Source: an uncultured Pseudomonadota bacterium
GTDB taxonomy: Bacteria; Pseudomonadota; Gammaproteobacteria; Burkholderiales; CAIKXV01
Direction of reading: 5' to 3'
DNA: 64,000 nt
NCBI GenBank assembly: GCA_903831455.1
Contig: CAIKXV010000192.1
Span: 8,281-72,280, forward strand
Shown: positions 28,592-37,695 of the stretch, piece after piece
Numbering within the stretch: position 1 is the first letter of the stretch
How the letters are laid out: each line of letters begins with the position of its first letter
Notes under the pieces: generated by a model
Told to the model about the DNA's origin: nothing
The model's database searches: none
Seen by the model: only the letters and a program-made list of their open reading frames with translations
Made by a program: the position numbers and the translations under genes

Positions 28592-29581
28592 TCAGTTCAA
28601 CTCGGCAATCGAAACCTTCGCCGCCTTGAGCACCTGTCTCCACCGCGCGATCTCCTCGACCAGGAAACGCGCGAACCGCTCGGGCGGGCCGCCTTGCGGC
28701 TGCACGCCCAGGCCGGCCAGTCGCTCGCGCAGATCGGCCGATGCCAGCGCCTGTTCGAAGCCCGCATTCAGGCGCGCGATCGTGGAGCGCGGGGTCGCGG
28801 CCGGTACCGACACGCCGAACCAGATCGGCACGTCGAAGCCCACGAGCCCCTGCTCGGCCGTACTGGGCACCGCCGGATAGAGCGGAAGACGCTGGCTTCC
28901 CGCCGTTGCGATCACCTTCAGCTTCCCGGCGCTGACCATCGGCGAGGCCGTGGCCGACGTGGTGAAGATCAGCTGCAGTTGTCCCGCGATCAGGTCGACG
29001 ATCGCCGGTGATGCGCCCTTGTACGGCACATGCAGGATGTCGACGCCCGCCAGCATCCGGAAGAGTTCGAGGGCAAGGTGGCTGCTGCCCCCGGTACCGG
29101 AGGACCCTGCGGACAGTTTCCCGGGGCGCGCCTTCGCCATCGCGATGATGTCCCGCACCGTGCTGGCCGGCGATGCCGAGTTGACGACGAGCAGGATGGG
29201 CGACCAGCCCAGCAGGCTCACGGCGGCGAAATCCTCCGCGCGATAAGGCGCCTTTCCGCCCATCGCGAACACGATGGCGTTGGCACCCGGGTTGGCCATG
29301 AGCAGCGTGTAGCCGTTGGGCGGGGACTTCGCCACGATATCGGCGCCCAGCATGCCGCCCGCGCCGCTGCGATTGTCGACGATGACCTGCTGCCCCCAGA
29401 GTTCGCCCAGCCGTTGGGCGAACACCCTCGCGATGACGTCGTTGGAGGCGCCGGGCGCGAAAGGCACGACCCAACGGACCGCCCTCGCGGGAAATGCGTC
29501 GGCCGCCGCCACAGGGGAGGATGCGACACCCGCCGCGATGATCAGCGCACTCATCCCAGCGGTAATCGAACGAATCGACAT
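28592..29581 (-). CDS. Bug/TctC-family periplasmic solute-binding protein, orphan
   Basis: ORF 28592..29713; ATG 29581 after GGGAG. Signal MSIRSITAGMSALIIAAGVASSPVAAA. Motifs FPARAVRWVVPFAPGASND, DNRSGAGG, PNGYT, VPYKGA. Confidence 0.85.
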   Translation of the reverse strand: MSIRSITAGMSALIIAAGVASSPVAAADAFPARAVRWVVPFAPGASNDVIARVFAQRLGELWGQQVIVDNRSGAGGMLGADIVAKSPPNGYTLLMANPGANAIVFAMGGKAPYRAEDFAAVSLLGWSPILLVVNSASPASTVRDIIAMAKARPGKLSAGSSGTGGSSHLALELFRMLAGVDILHVPYKGASPAIVDLIAGQLQLIFTTSATASPMVSAGKLKVIATAGSQRLPLYPAVPSTAEQGLVGFDVPIWFGVSVPAATPRSTIARLNAGFEQALASADLRERLAGLGVQPQGGPPERFARFLVEEIARWRQVLKAAKVSIAELN

Positions 29582-29723
29582 GGTGGCTCCCTGGTCCGGC
29601 CCGTCGCACGACGCGCCCGGGCTCGCGCAGGTCCGCGAAAGACGATCTGCCCGCCTGCAGGCACGCCCGGATCCTATCGTGTCGCGACCTCGCCCGCAGC
29701 CATGGCACCCCACCTGGGCGCGA

Positions 29724-32700
29724 TCAGCGTGCGCATCTCGCCGACTCGCGACGCTCGACCAGGGTGAACCGCGACACCTCGCCCTCGCGGGTCAGCAGTT
29801 CGAACGCCTCATCACCGACCGGGACGATGCGCCGCACGTCCGGAAACGTCTGCCCGGGGTACGGATAGCGCCGGACGAGATGGCCACCCTGCACCATCCA
29901 GAAGCCGTCCGTCTGCCTGCGCGCGCCAGGTTGCAAGTCGTCGATGCGCAGGCGGCCATCGTCGAGCAGCGTGACGTTGTAGGACCTCAGCGAGTCCCGG
30001 GTCGACCAGACGCCGACGAAGCGGCAGGGAATCTGCGGCACGGCCTTCGGCGAGCCTTGCCTCTCGAGTTCCGGCACGCTCGCGATCAGACCGGTACGGG
30101 CATCGACGCACGCGCGGGGATCGACCTCGCAGCGTTCGTGGTCCATGCGCCCCTCGTTGAAGTCCCGGACCAGCAGCAACTGCCCGAGTCCTGAAAGCAG
30201 CAGGAACGAGAGCGGGATGTAGATGATCAGCCGCACGCCCCACGCCACGGGCCAGGGCAGGCGGGTCGCGAGGACGCCCGTGGTCGCCGGCGACAGGCGC
30301 CGTCCGGCAGCGTTCTTCACCCGCGGAACCACGAGGCGACTCAGCAGCAGATAGGCCAGCAGCGGCAGCAGGACGGCCGCCGCCACCCACAGCGGCTGGC
30401 TCGGCCACCACCGCGAAAGGGTGTCCCGGAGGCCGGACGGCGAATCGGTGGCTTCGACCGCAGGCGCGGCCGGCGTCGTCTCGACCCGGAATCGCGGATC
30501 GTCGACCAGGCGCGCCTGCACCAGCAGCGCCTCGTCCGCATCGGCGGCGAACCCGGCGCAGCCAGCCCGGGCCTGGTAGAGCCCCTGCCCCACGCCACCG
30601 GCCGGCATCCCGACCGCCACGATCGCGCCATCGGGCAGCACCAGCACGCGTCCGCTTCCCCGCTCCAGTCCGATCCCCGGATCAGGCAGCCAGCGCACCT
30701 TCGCGGTCGTCGGGTCGAACACCGAAGGCGGGTCGATCGAGATCGCGCAGCCGTCGGGCAGCAAGGCGGCCTGTCCACCCATCCGCTCGCGCGGAAGAAT
30801 GTAGGTCCAGAGGTTCTTCGCCGGGTCCCACAGCATCCGTGGGCCGGCCGGACGCTGGGCCGAGCGGTCTTCGACGGTGGAGCCGTCCTTGGTAACCCGG
30901 AATGCAAACAGTACCCCGGCGTCGCCGTCCCAGAACTGCGCGGCCAGGGGGCTGACATCGACCGCTGTGCCACCTCCAGGCACGTTCAGCTGCGCCAGGG
31001 GTTTCGTCGGTTTGATCGGCGCACGGTAACCGAGGTCCTCGGTCTGCCACAGCAGTGCCCCGACGGTGAAGGCCTGGCGGTCCTCGTCGTAGATCGCGCC
31101 GGTCCCCTGGTTGGCAACGACGGCGAGACGGCCGTCGGGAAGCGTACCGACCGTCATCGCGGCCGCGGCCGAGGCCGGCAACTCCGCCTCTCCGCACGCC
31201 CGCCACTCGGCCTGGGGCGGCATCAGGCAGTGGGCCTGCAGCCGGTAGCCGCGCCTGCTGTCTCCATCCGCGCCGACATGGACGATCAGCCCCGAGCGCA
31301 ACTGCGCGAGGCCGTGCACCGGGCCCGCCGAGAAACCAGGTCGAATTGCAGCACTCCAGCGCCGGGCGCGAGGATCCCACAGGTAGGCGTGGGTCTGCTC
31401 TGCGCCGGAGGCGGGCGAACTGTGCCCGACCACCAGGACCTCCCCGGAGGCCAGCGCCACGGCCGCGGGTGTGCGCGACCACGCCGGGGGCGCGATCTCG
31501 GGCACCGGTGGGCGCGGCGACCAGAGCAGCACGCGCGTGCCCGCGAAGATGCGCACGCGACCGTCGGCCAACGGTTCCAGGTCGGGCGTGACCTGCCATT
31601 CGTCGTCGGAGCGCGACACGGTGGCGTTGCCGGCGGGCAGCCAGCGCTGCTGACCGGCGTCGAGTACCCACGCCCAGGGCTCGCTGTAGGCGCTGGGGCT
31701 GAATTGCCGCCCGCCTGCGAGCAGTACTGCACCATTGCCCAGCAGCACCGCCGCGTGTTCGCGCAGCGCACGGGGGAGACGCGGCCCAGGGCTCCAGCGC
31801 CGGGTGGACGGATCGAAGATCTCGCTGCTGGGCAGCAGCCGGTCCGGGGAGGGTCCGCCGCCGTTTTCGCCGCCGACGACCAGCACGCGACCGTCGGACA
31901 GTCGCGTCGCACTGTGGGCATGACGCGCAGCCGCCATCGGCGGCAGCAACAGCCAGCGCCCCGCACGCGCATCCCACAGCTCGGCCGAGTCGAGGGCCTC
32001 GCCGGTCGCGCCGCGTCCGCCGACCACCAGCACCGACCCGTCCTGCAGCGCGGTCGCGGTGTGCCCCGCACGCGCGATCGACAGCGACGGCATCGCCTGC
32101 ATCCGCCCCGCCTCGAACCGCTCGACGCTGGCCAGCACGGGGAGCACATGGCCAAGATCGCCCACCGACGCGCGCGTGCCAGGGCCTTCCGTGACCGGTG
32201 CCGGATTCCCCGCCACCGGCGACAGCGCGGGGTCACTGTGTCCCCCGACCAGCAGCACGCTGCCGTCGGGCAGCGCCGTGGCGCTGTGCCGGACGCGCGT
32301 CTGGGTCAGATCCGGTCCGGACTCCCACGCCTGGGTCGCGGCATTCCAGATCGACGTCGCCACGTGCGGCGTGCGTGGCGAGGTGTCGTCGGCCATGCGC
32401 GCCCGATCGCACAGCCCGCCCGCCATCAACACGCGCCCGTCACCCATCCGCGTGGCGGTGGGCATGAAGCTGTTGCCCTTGCAGCCGGGCGGCCGCGGCA
32501 GACGCTGCCAGCCTTTTCCATCGCCTCGCCACAGCAGCGGCTCGGCATGCGGGGCAACATGTACCTCGGATCCATGATCGAACCGGTTGCGCAAGGTGAT
32601 CACCGGCTCACCATTGCGGCGCAGGGCGTCATCGAGCACGCGGTCGCCGAACAGCAGCACCCCGCCGTCGGGCAACACGGTGCTGGTCCATGCCTTCCTG

Positions 32701-32891
32701 CCCTGCGGGTACGCGCCCAGCACGCGCAGGCGGCCCGCGGTCGCCGCTTCGGCTGCAGCCAGTCGCGCCTCGGCGGACGAGTTCGGCGGCTCGATCGGCC
32801 CCTGCGCGCAGGCAGAGGCAGCCGCGACGGCAAGCCCAAGCGCGACCGTACATCGGCCAGCCACCGTCCGGATCCGCAACATCGACATCAT
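29724..32891 (-). CDS. Large exported Kelch-repeat (beta-propeller) protein with two C-proximal transmembrane helices and a Cys-containing C-terminal domain
   Basis: ORF 29724..33212; ATG 32891 after GGGGAG. Signal MMSMLRIRTVAGRCTVALGLAVAAASACAQ. Repeated Kelch signature (RHSATALPDGSVLLVGG, GHTATALQDGSVLVVGG, AHSATRLSDGRVLVVGG, AAVLLGNGAVLLAGG, TRMGDGRVLMAGG). Hydrophobic helices LWVAAAVLLPLLAYLLL and LIIYIPLSFLLLSGLGQLLLV. Confidence 0.75.
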   Translation of the reverse strand: MMSMLRIRTVAGRCTVALGLAVAAASACAQGPIEPPNSSAEARLAAAEAATAGRLRVLGAYPQGRKAWTSTVLPDGGVLLFGDRVLDDALRRNGEPVITLRNRFDHGSEVHVAPHAEPLLWRGDGKGWQRLPRPPGCKGNSFMPTATRMGDGRVLMAGGLCDRARMADDTSPRTPHVATSIWNAATQAWESGPDLTQTRVRHSATALPDGSVLLVGGHSDPALSPVAGNPAPVTEGPGTRASVGDLGHVLPVLASVERFEAGRMQAMPSLSIARAGHTATALQDGSVLVVGGRGATGEALDSAELWDARAGRWLLLPPMAAARHAHSATRLSDGRVLVVGGENGGGPSPDRLLPSSEIFDPSTRRWSPGPRLPRALREHAAVLLGNGAVLLAGGRQFSPSAYSEPWAWVLDAGQQRWLPAGNATVSRSDDEWQVTPDLEPLADGRVRIFAGTRVLLWSPRPPVPEIAPPAWSRTPAAVALASGEVLVVGHSSPASGAEQTHAYLWDPRARRWSAAIRPGFSAGPVHGLAQLRSGLIVHVGADGDSRRGYRLQAHCLMPPQAEWRACGEAELPASAAAAMTVGTLPDGRLAVVANQGTGAIYDEDRQAFTVGALLWQTEDLGYRAPIKPTKPLAQLNVPGGGTAVDVSPLAAQFWDGDAGVLFAFRVTKDGSTVEDRSAQRPAGPRMLWDPAKNLWTYILPRERMGGQAALLPDGCAISIDPPSVFDPTTAKVRWLPDPGIGLERGSGRVLVLPDGAIVAVGMPAGGVGQGLYQARAGCAGFAADADEALLVQARLVDDPRFRVETTPAAPAVEATDSPSGLRDTLSRWWPSQPLWVAAAVLLPLLAYLLLSRLVVPRVKNAAGRRLSPATTGVLATRLPWPVAWGVRLIIYIPLSFLLLSGLGQLLLVRDFNEGRMDHERCEVDPRACVDARTGLIASVPELERQGSPKAVPQIPCRFVGVWSTRDSLRSYNVTLLDDGRLRIDDLQPGARRQTDGFWMVQGGHLVRRYPYPGQTFPDVRRIVPVGDEAFELLTREGEVSRFTLVERRESARCAR

Positions 32892-33301
32892 GGCTCCCCG
32901 CGCATCCATCAGCCGCGCGCCGGCAGTGTCAGGCACCGCGCGATGAAACGCAACCGGCCGGATGGACGGTTCGGCGTACGGCGACACCCAAGGTGCGGAT
33001 CCGCCCGAGCCGATCGACGTCGCCCCTGCACGCCACTCGTTTCGACGCGGACGGGACCGTGATCGAGGGTATTTCGCTCGAGGGCGGCTTGGGTTACAAC
33101 GACGCGGACGGATCCTGCCGTCCCTGTTGCCCGGACGACACCCCCGGTTCCCGGCCGGCAGCCCCGCGTGCACGGCCGCGCCGCACGCGGGAGCGTGCGT
33201 CTCCTGCTGCACTGCGCGGTCGAGGCGGCCACGATCGCCTGTAACCGTTCGGCCTGCGGCAGCGAATAGTCGACATTGCCTCCCCCCTGATCCGGTCCAC
33301 G

Positions 33302-34324
33302 ATGCACCCCACGCTTCCCCTGCTCGCAGACACCGACTTCCCGCCGATCCGGCGCCGTTCCCTGGACACCCTCCAGGTCAACCTGGGTTACCGCTGCAAC
33401 CAGAGCTGCCTGCACTGCCACGTCGCCGCCAGCCCGCAGCGCACCGAGATGATGGGCGGCGACACCATCGCGCTGGTGCTCGACGTGCTGCGTGAACGCA
33501 AGGTCTCGACGCTGGACCTCACCGGCGGCGCGCCAGAGCTCAACGAGCACTTCCGCGAACTGGTGCGGCAGGCCCGGGCGCTGGGCGTTCGCGTCATCGA
33601 CCGTTGCAACCTCACCATCCTGTCCGAACCCGGCCAGGAGGATCTGGCGGCCTTCCTGGCCGAGCAGCGTGTCGAGGTGACCGCATCGCTGCCCTGCTAC
33701 TCGCCGGCCAACGTCGACCGCCAGCGCGGCGATGGCGTGTTCGATCGCAGCATCGCCGGCCTGCGGCAACTCAATGCGCTGGGCTTTGGCGACCCGGCGC
33801 ACGGCCTGGTGCTCAACCTCGTCTACAACCCGCAGGGCCCTTCGCTGCCGCCACCGCAGGGCCCACTCGAGGCCGATTACAAGCGCGAACTGCTGCAGCA
33901 TTTCGGGATCCGCTTCGACCACCTGTTCGCCCTGACCAACATGCCCATCCAGCGCTTCGGCAGCACGCTGGTCAGCAAGGGCACCTTTGCCGATTACATG
34001 CGCCTGCTGCGCGAAGCCTATCGACCCGCCAACCTCGAGACCGTGATGTGTCGCAGCCTGCTCAGCGTCGACTGGAACGGGTTCCTGTACGACTGCGACT
34101 TCAACCAGATGCTGGGCCTGCCCGCCTCCCTTCAAGGCCATGAGCACCCGCACCTGAGGGACCTCCTGCGCCATGACCCGGTCGATGCGGATATCCTCGT
34201 CGCGGATCACTGCTACGGATGCACCGCAGGCCAGGGCAGCAGTTGCGGAGGGGCCCTGGAGTCGGACACCGCTCCCTCGATGTCCGCGGCGTCGGCCCGC
34301 GATCCGGGCAGAGTGGCCCGATGA
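33302..34324 (+). CDS. arsS: Radical SAM/Cys-rich domain protein, ArsS family (arsenosugar-biosynthesis radical SAM type; Cys version, no in-frame TGA)
   Basis: 340 aa. Features: radical SAM CNQSCLHC, DLTGGAPELN, and C-terminal CDFNQ ... HCYGCTAGQGSSCGG Cys-rich tail. The stop overlaps the next start (ATGA at 34321). Confidence 0.75.
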   Translation: MHPTLPLLADTDFPPIRRRSLDTLQVNLGYRCNQSCLHCHVAASPQRTEMMGGDTIALVLDVLRERKVSTLDLTGGAPELNEHFRELVRQARALGVRVIDRCNLTILSEPGQEDLAAFLAEQRVEVTASLPCYSPANVDRQRGDGVFDRSIAGLRQLNALGFGDPAHGLVLNLVYNPQGPSLPPPQGPLEADYKRELLQHFGIRFDHLFALTNMPIQRFGSTLVSKGTFADYMRLLREAYRPANLETVMCRSLLSVDWNGFLYDCDFNQMLGLPASLQGHEHPHLRDLLRHDPVDADILVADHCYGCTAGQGSSCGGALESDTAPSMSAASARDPGRVAR

Positions 34325-36486
34325 CCCGTCCCCCGAGGAGCGTGCTCTGGATCGCCACCCTTGCGGTTGCCGCCGCGGCGTTCTGGGCCTGGCAGCAGTT
34401 CGAGCTGGGCTCCCTGCTGACGCTCGACGGACTGAAGGCCAGCCGCGACACGCTGCAGGCGCAGGTCCAGGCGCAGCCGCTGACGGCCGCCGCGATCTTC
34501 TTCGCCGGGTACGTCGTGGCCACGGCGCTTTCGATCCCGGGCGCGCTGGTCCTGACCCTGGCCGCCGGTGCCCTCTTCGGCCTGGCCTGGGGTCTGGTCC
34601 TCGTGAGTTTCGCCTCCAGCCTGGGCGCCCTGCTCGCCTTCCTCGTGGCGCGCCACCTCCTGCGCGACTGGGTCCAGGCACGCTTCGGCAAGGTGCTGGA
34701 CCCCATCAACGAGGGCATCCGGAAGGACGGGACGTTCTACCTGCTGACCCTGCGACTGGTACCGGTGTTCCCGTTCTGGCTGATCAACCTCCTCATGGGG
34801 CTGACGCCGATCAGCGCCGGACGCTTCTATGTCGTCAGCCAGGTCGGCATGCTGGCTGGCACCGCGGTGTACGTGAACGCGGGCACGCAACTCGCCGCCA
34901 TCCAGTCGCCCGGCGACATCCTGTCGCCCGGGTTGCTCGGCAGCTTCGTGCTGCTGGGCCTGTTCCCGCTGCTGGCGAGGGCGTGCGTCGGGTGGCTGCA
35001 GCGACGCAAGGTCTATGCGAGATGGACGAAGCCGAAGCGCTTCGACCGCAACCTGGTGGTCATCGGTGCCGGTGCAGGCGGGCTGGTGTCGGCCTACATC
35101 GCGGCGGCGGTGAGGGCCAAGGTCACGCTGATCGAAGGCCACAGGATGGGGGGCGACTGCCTGAATTACGGCTGCGTGCCCAGCAAGGCGCTGATCCGCT
35201 CGGCCACGATGGCCCGGCAGCTGAAGAAGGCGCACGAGCTGGGCGTTGCCGAGGCGGCGGGACGCGTCGACTTCGCGGCGGTGATGCAGCGCGTGCATCG
35301 CGTCATCCGCGACATCGCGCCCCACGACTCGGTCGAACGCTACACCGGGCTGGGCGTCGAGGTGCTGCAGGGGCATGCCCGCATCACAAGCCCGTGGACC
35401 GTCGAGGTGAAGCTCGCCGATGGCCGTACGCAGACGCTGAGCACGAAGGCCATCGTGATCGCGGCAGGTGCCCGCCCGTTCGCCCCGCCGCTCCCGGGGC
35501 TGGCCGAGGCCGGCTACCTCACGAGCGACACCCTCTGGGGACTGACCGAACTGCCGAAGCGCCTCGTCGTGCTGGGCGGCGGTCCGATCGGCAGCGAACT
35601 CGCCCAGAGCTTCGCACGCCTGGGCAGCGCGGTCACGCAGGTGGAAATGGCCTCGCGCATCCTGCTGCGCGAGGATCCCGAGGTGTCTGATCTCGTGGCC
35701 GCTTCGCTACGTGCCGATGGCGTGAAGCTGCTCACCGGGCACCAGGCGATACGGGTGGAGGTGGTCGATGGCGAGAAGCGCCTGGTCGCGAGGCACGGCG
35801 ATGCGGACGTCTCCATCCCCTTCGACGAGCTGCTGTGCGCCGTGGGCCGCAGCCCGCGCGTTGCAGGCTACGGCCTCGAGGAGCTGGGCATCCCGCTGAC
35901 CCCGCGCGGGACGATCGAGACGAACGCGTACCTCCAGACCCTCTACCCCAACATCTACGCGGTCGGCGATGTAGCCGGCCCCTTCCAGTTCACGCACGCC
36001 GCGGCCCACCAGGCCTGGTACGCAGCGGTGAACGCGCTGTTCGGGCGCTTTCGCCGCTTCAAGGCCGATTACCGGGTGGTCCCGTGGGCGACCTTCACCG
36101 ATCCCGAGGTGGCGCGGGTGGGCCTGAGCGAGAGCGAAGCCGCGCAACAGGGAATCGCCTGCGAGGTGACGAAATACGGGCTCGACGACCTCGACCGGGC
36201 CATCGCCGACGGCAGCGCGCACGGCTTCGTCAAGGTGCTCACCGCGCCGGGGACGGACCGCATCCTGGGCGTGACCATCGTCGGTGAACATGCCGGCGAC
36301 CTGCTCGCCGAGTACGTACTGGCCATGAAGCACGGCCTCGGGCTGAACAGGATCCTTGGCACGATCCATACCTATCCGACGTTGGCCGAGGCAAACAAGT
36401 ACGCCGCGGGCGAGTGGAAGCGCGCGAACGCGCCGCAGGGACTGCTGCGCTGGGTAGGCCGCTACCACGCGTGGGAGCGGACATGA
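34321..36486 (+). CDS. Fusion protein: DedA/TVP38/TMEM64 (SNARE-associated) membrane domain + class-I FAD-dependent pyridine nucleotide-disulfide oxidoreductase (mercuric reductase/lipoamide dehydrogenase-like)
   Basis: Frame of ORF 34219..36486, ATG 34321. N-terminal half has about 5 hydrophobic helices (e.g. YLLTLRLVPVFPFWLINLLMG). Then VVIGAGAGGLVSAY, redox-active GGDCLNYGCVPSKAL, a second dinucleotide fold VVLGGGPIGSELAQ, AVGDVAG, and C-terminal HTYPTLAE. Confidence 0.85.
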   Translation: MTRPPRSVLWIATLAVAAAAFWAWQQFELGSLLTLDGLKASRDTLQAQVQAQPLTAAAIFFAGYVVATALSIPGALVLTLAAGALFGLAWGLVLVSFASSLGALLAFLVARHLLRDWVQARFGKVLDPINEGIRKDGTFYLLTLRLVPVFPFWLINLLMGLTPISAGRFYVVSQVGMLAGTAVYVNAGTQLAAIQSPGDILSPGLLGSFVLLGLFPLLARACVGWLQRRKVYARWTKPKRFDRNLVVIGAGAGGLVSAYIAAAVRAKVTLIEGHRMGGDCLNYGCVPSKALIRSATMARQLKKAHELGVAEAAGRVDFAAVMQRVHRVIRDIAPHDSVERYTGLGVEVLQGHARITSPWTVEVKLADGRTQTLSTKAIVIAAGARPFAPPLPGLAEAGYLTSDTLWGLTELPKRLVVLGGGPIGSELAQSFARLGSAVTQVEMASRILLREDPEVSDLVAASLRADGVKLLTGHQAIRVEVVDGEKRLVARHGDADVSIPFDELLCAVGRSPRVAGYGLEELGIPLTPRGTIETNAYLQTLYPNIYAVGDVAGPFQFTHAAAHQAWYAAVNALFGRFRRFKADYRVVPWATFTDPEVARVGLSESEAAQQGIACEVTKYGLDDLDRAIADGSAHGFVKVLTAPGTDRILGVTIVGEHAGDLLAEYVLAMKHGLGLNRILGTIHTYPTLAEANKYAAGEWKRANAPQGLLRWVGRYHAWERT

Positions 36487-37346
36487 GCGCCGGATCCCGA
36501 CGCGCCTGGCTGGCAGCCGTACTGAACACGACGACCTCGCTGGTCCTGCTGCGGGCCGACGCCCTGCGCGCCCAGGCGACGCCCGGCTTCGACCACTCGC
36601 ACGCCGCGTGGACGAACCTGCTGCGAAAGCACGTCCGGCTGGTCCGGGGCGGGCAGGCATCGCAGGTATCCTATGCAGGCTTTGCGACGGACCGCGCAGC
36701 CCTCAGGGCCTACCTCGACAGCCTGTCGGCCGTGACGCCCGCCACGTTCGCAGGCTGGACCACGCCCGAGCGCCAGGCCTTCCTGATCAACGCCTACAAT
36801 GCCTTCACCGTCGAACGGGTGCTCACGCGGTATCCCGACCTGAAGTCCATCAGGGACCTGGGCACCCTGCTCGCGAGTCCGTGGCGACCGAGATGGATCC
36901 CGCTGCTGGGCAGCAAGGTCTCGCTCGACGACATCGAACACGCGATGCTGCGCAAGCGCGGTGACTACGACGACCCGCGAATCCACTTCGCCGTCAACTG
37001 CGCGAGCATCGGCTGCCCTGCCTTGCGCGAGGACGCGTTCGTCGCGGCCCGCCTCGATGCCCAGCTGGACGAGCAGACGCTGAGGTTCATGGGCGACCGT
37101 ACGCGAAACCGCTGGAATGCCGCGCGGGGGAGGCTGGAACTGTCGAAGATCTTCGACTGGTACGGCGAGGATTTCCGCCTCGGGCACCGGGGCATCGCGT
37201 CGCTGGCTGCATTTGCAGCGCGCCATGCAGACGCCCTGGCGGACACGCCCTCCGACCGTGAACGCATCCGCAGCGGTCGGGTCGACATCGCCTTCATCGA
37301 GTACGACTGGGCCCTGAACGACGTGCGCGCCGGCGACGCGCGATGA
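36483..37346 (+). CDS. DUF547 domain-containing protein (secreted/periplasmic?)
   Basis: Frame of ORF 36414..37346. ATG 36483 overlaps the upstream stop (ATGA). Features: FLINAYNAFTV, VSLDDIEH..LR, DPRIHFAVNCASIGCPAL, ELSKIFDWYGEDF. These match my recollection of DUF547. Confidence 0.7.
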   Translation: MSAGSRRAWLAAVLNTTTSLVLLRADALRAQATPGFDHSHAAWTNLLRKHVRLVRGGQASQVSYAGFATDRAALRAYLDSLSAVTPATFAGWTTPERQAFLINAYNAFTVERVLTRYPDLKSIRDLGTLLASPWRPRWIPLLGSKVSLDDIEHAMLRKRGDYDDPRIHFAVNCASIGCPALREDAFVAARLDAQLDEQTLRFMGDRTRNRWNAARGRLELSKIFDWYGEDFRLGHRGIASLAAFAARHADALADTPSDRERIRSGRVDIAFIEYDWALNDVRAGDAR

Positions 37347-37695
37347 CGCCGGTGCGGTCCATCCTGATGCCCGCAGTGGTCGAGGCGATCGGCTTCGAGG
37401 CCGCACGGCGAATGCCGCGCGGGCTTCGCGCGCGCAGCGTCCGGGTCTCGCGGGCCGATGGCGGCGCAGGCGGCGGCACGGTCCGGGGCGCAGCACCGCC
37501 GGCGGATGCGCGGGTCGCCTTGCGCACTCATGTATACCGGATGCGCGCGGTCGTCACCGCGAACCCCGCGGGTACGATGCATCGCCAGCCGGTCGACGGC
37601 CGCCCCTCTCTGCTCGCCGATCGCACGCATCGCGCGTATCGGTGCCGGATGAAAACGGCCTGCCCCTTCATGACCCGGCCGCTGGGGCGCCGCAG

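Noticed and set aside
30682-33062. Several 300-610-aa ORFs (e.g. 31230..33062 +, 30682..31977 -, 31286..32236 -) inside the Kelch gene region
   Set aside because: They are alternative frames of the Kelch gene. Only the 29724..32891 frame shows a signal peptide, repeated Kelch signatures and TM helices.
33302-34324. Possible selenocysteine (in-frame TGA + SECIS) in the ArsS-like rSAM gene
   Set aside because: The reading frame is uninterrupted. The C-terminal motif reads SSCGG with Cys, so this copy is a Cys homologue. No recoding is needed.
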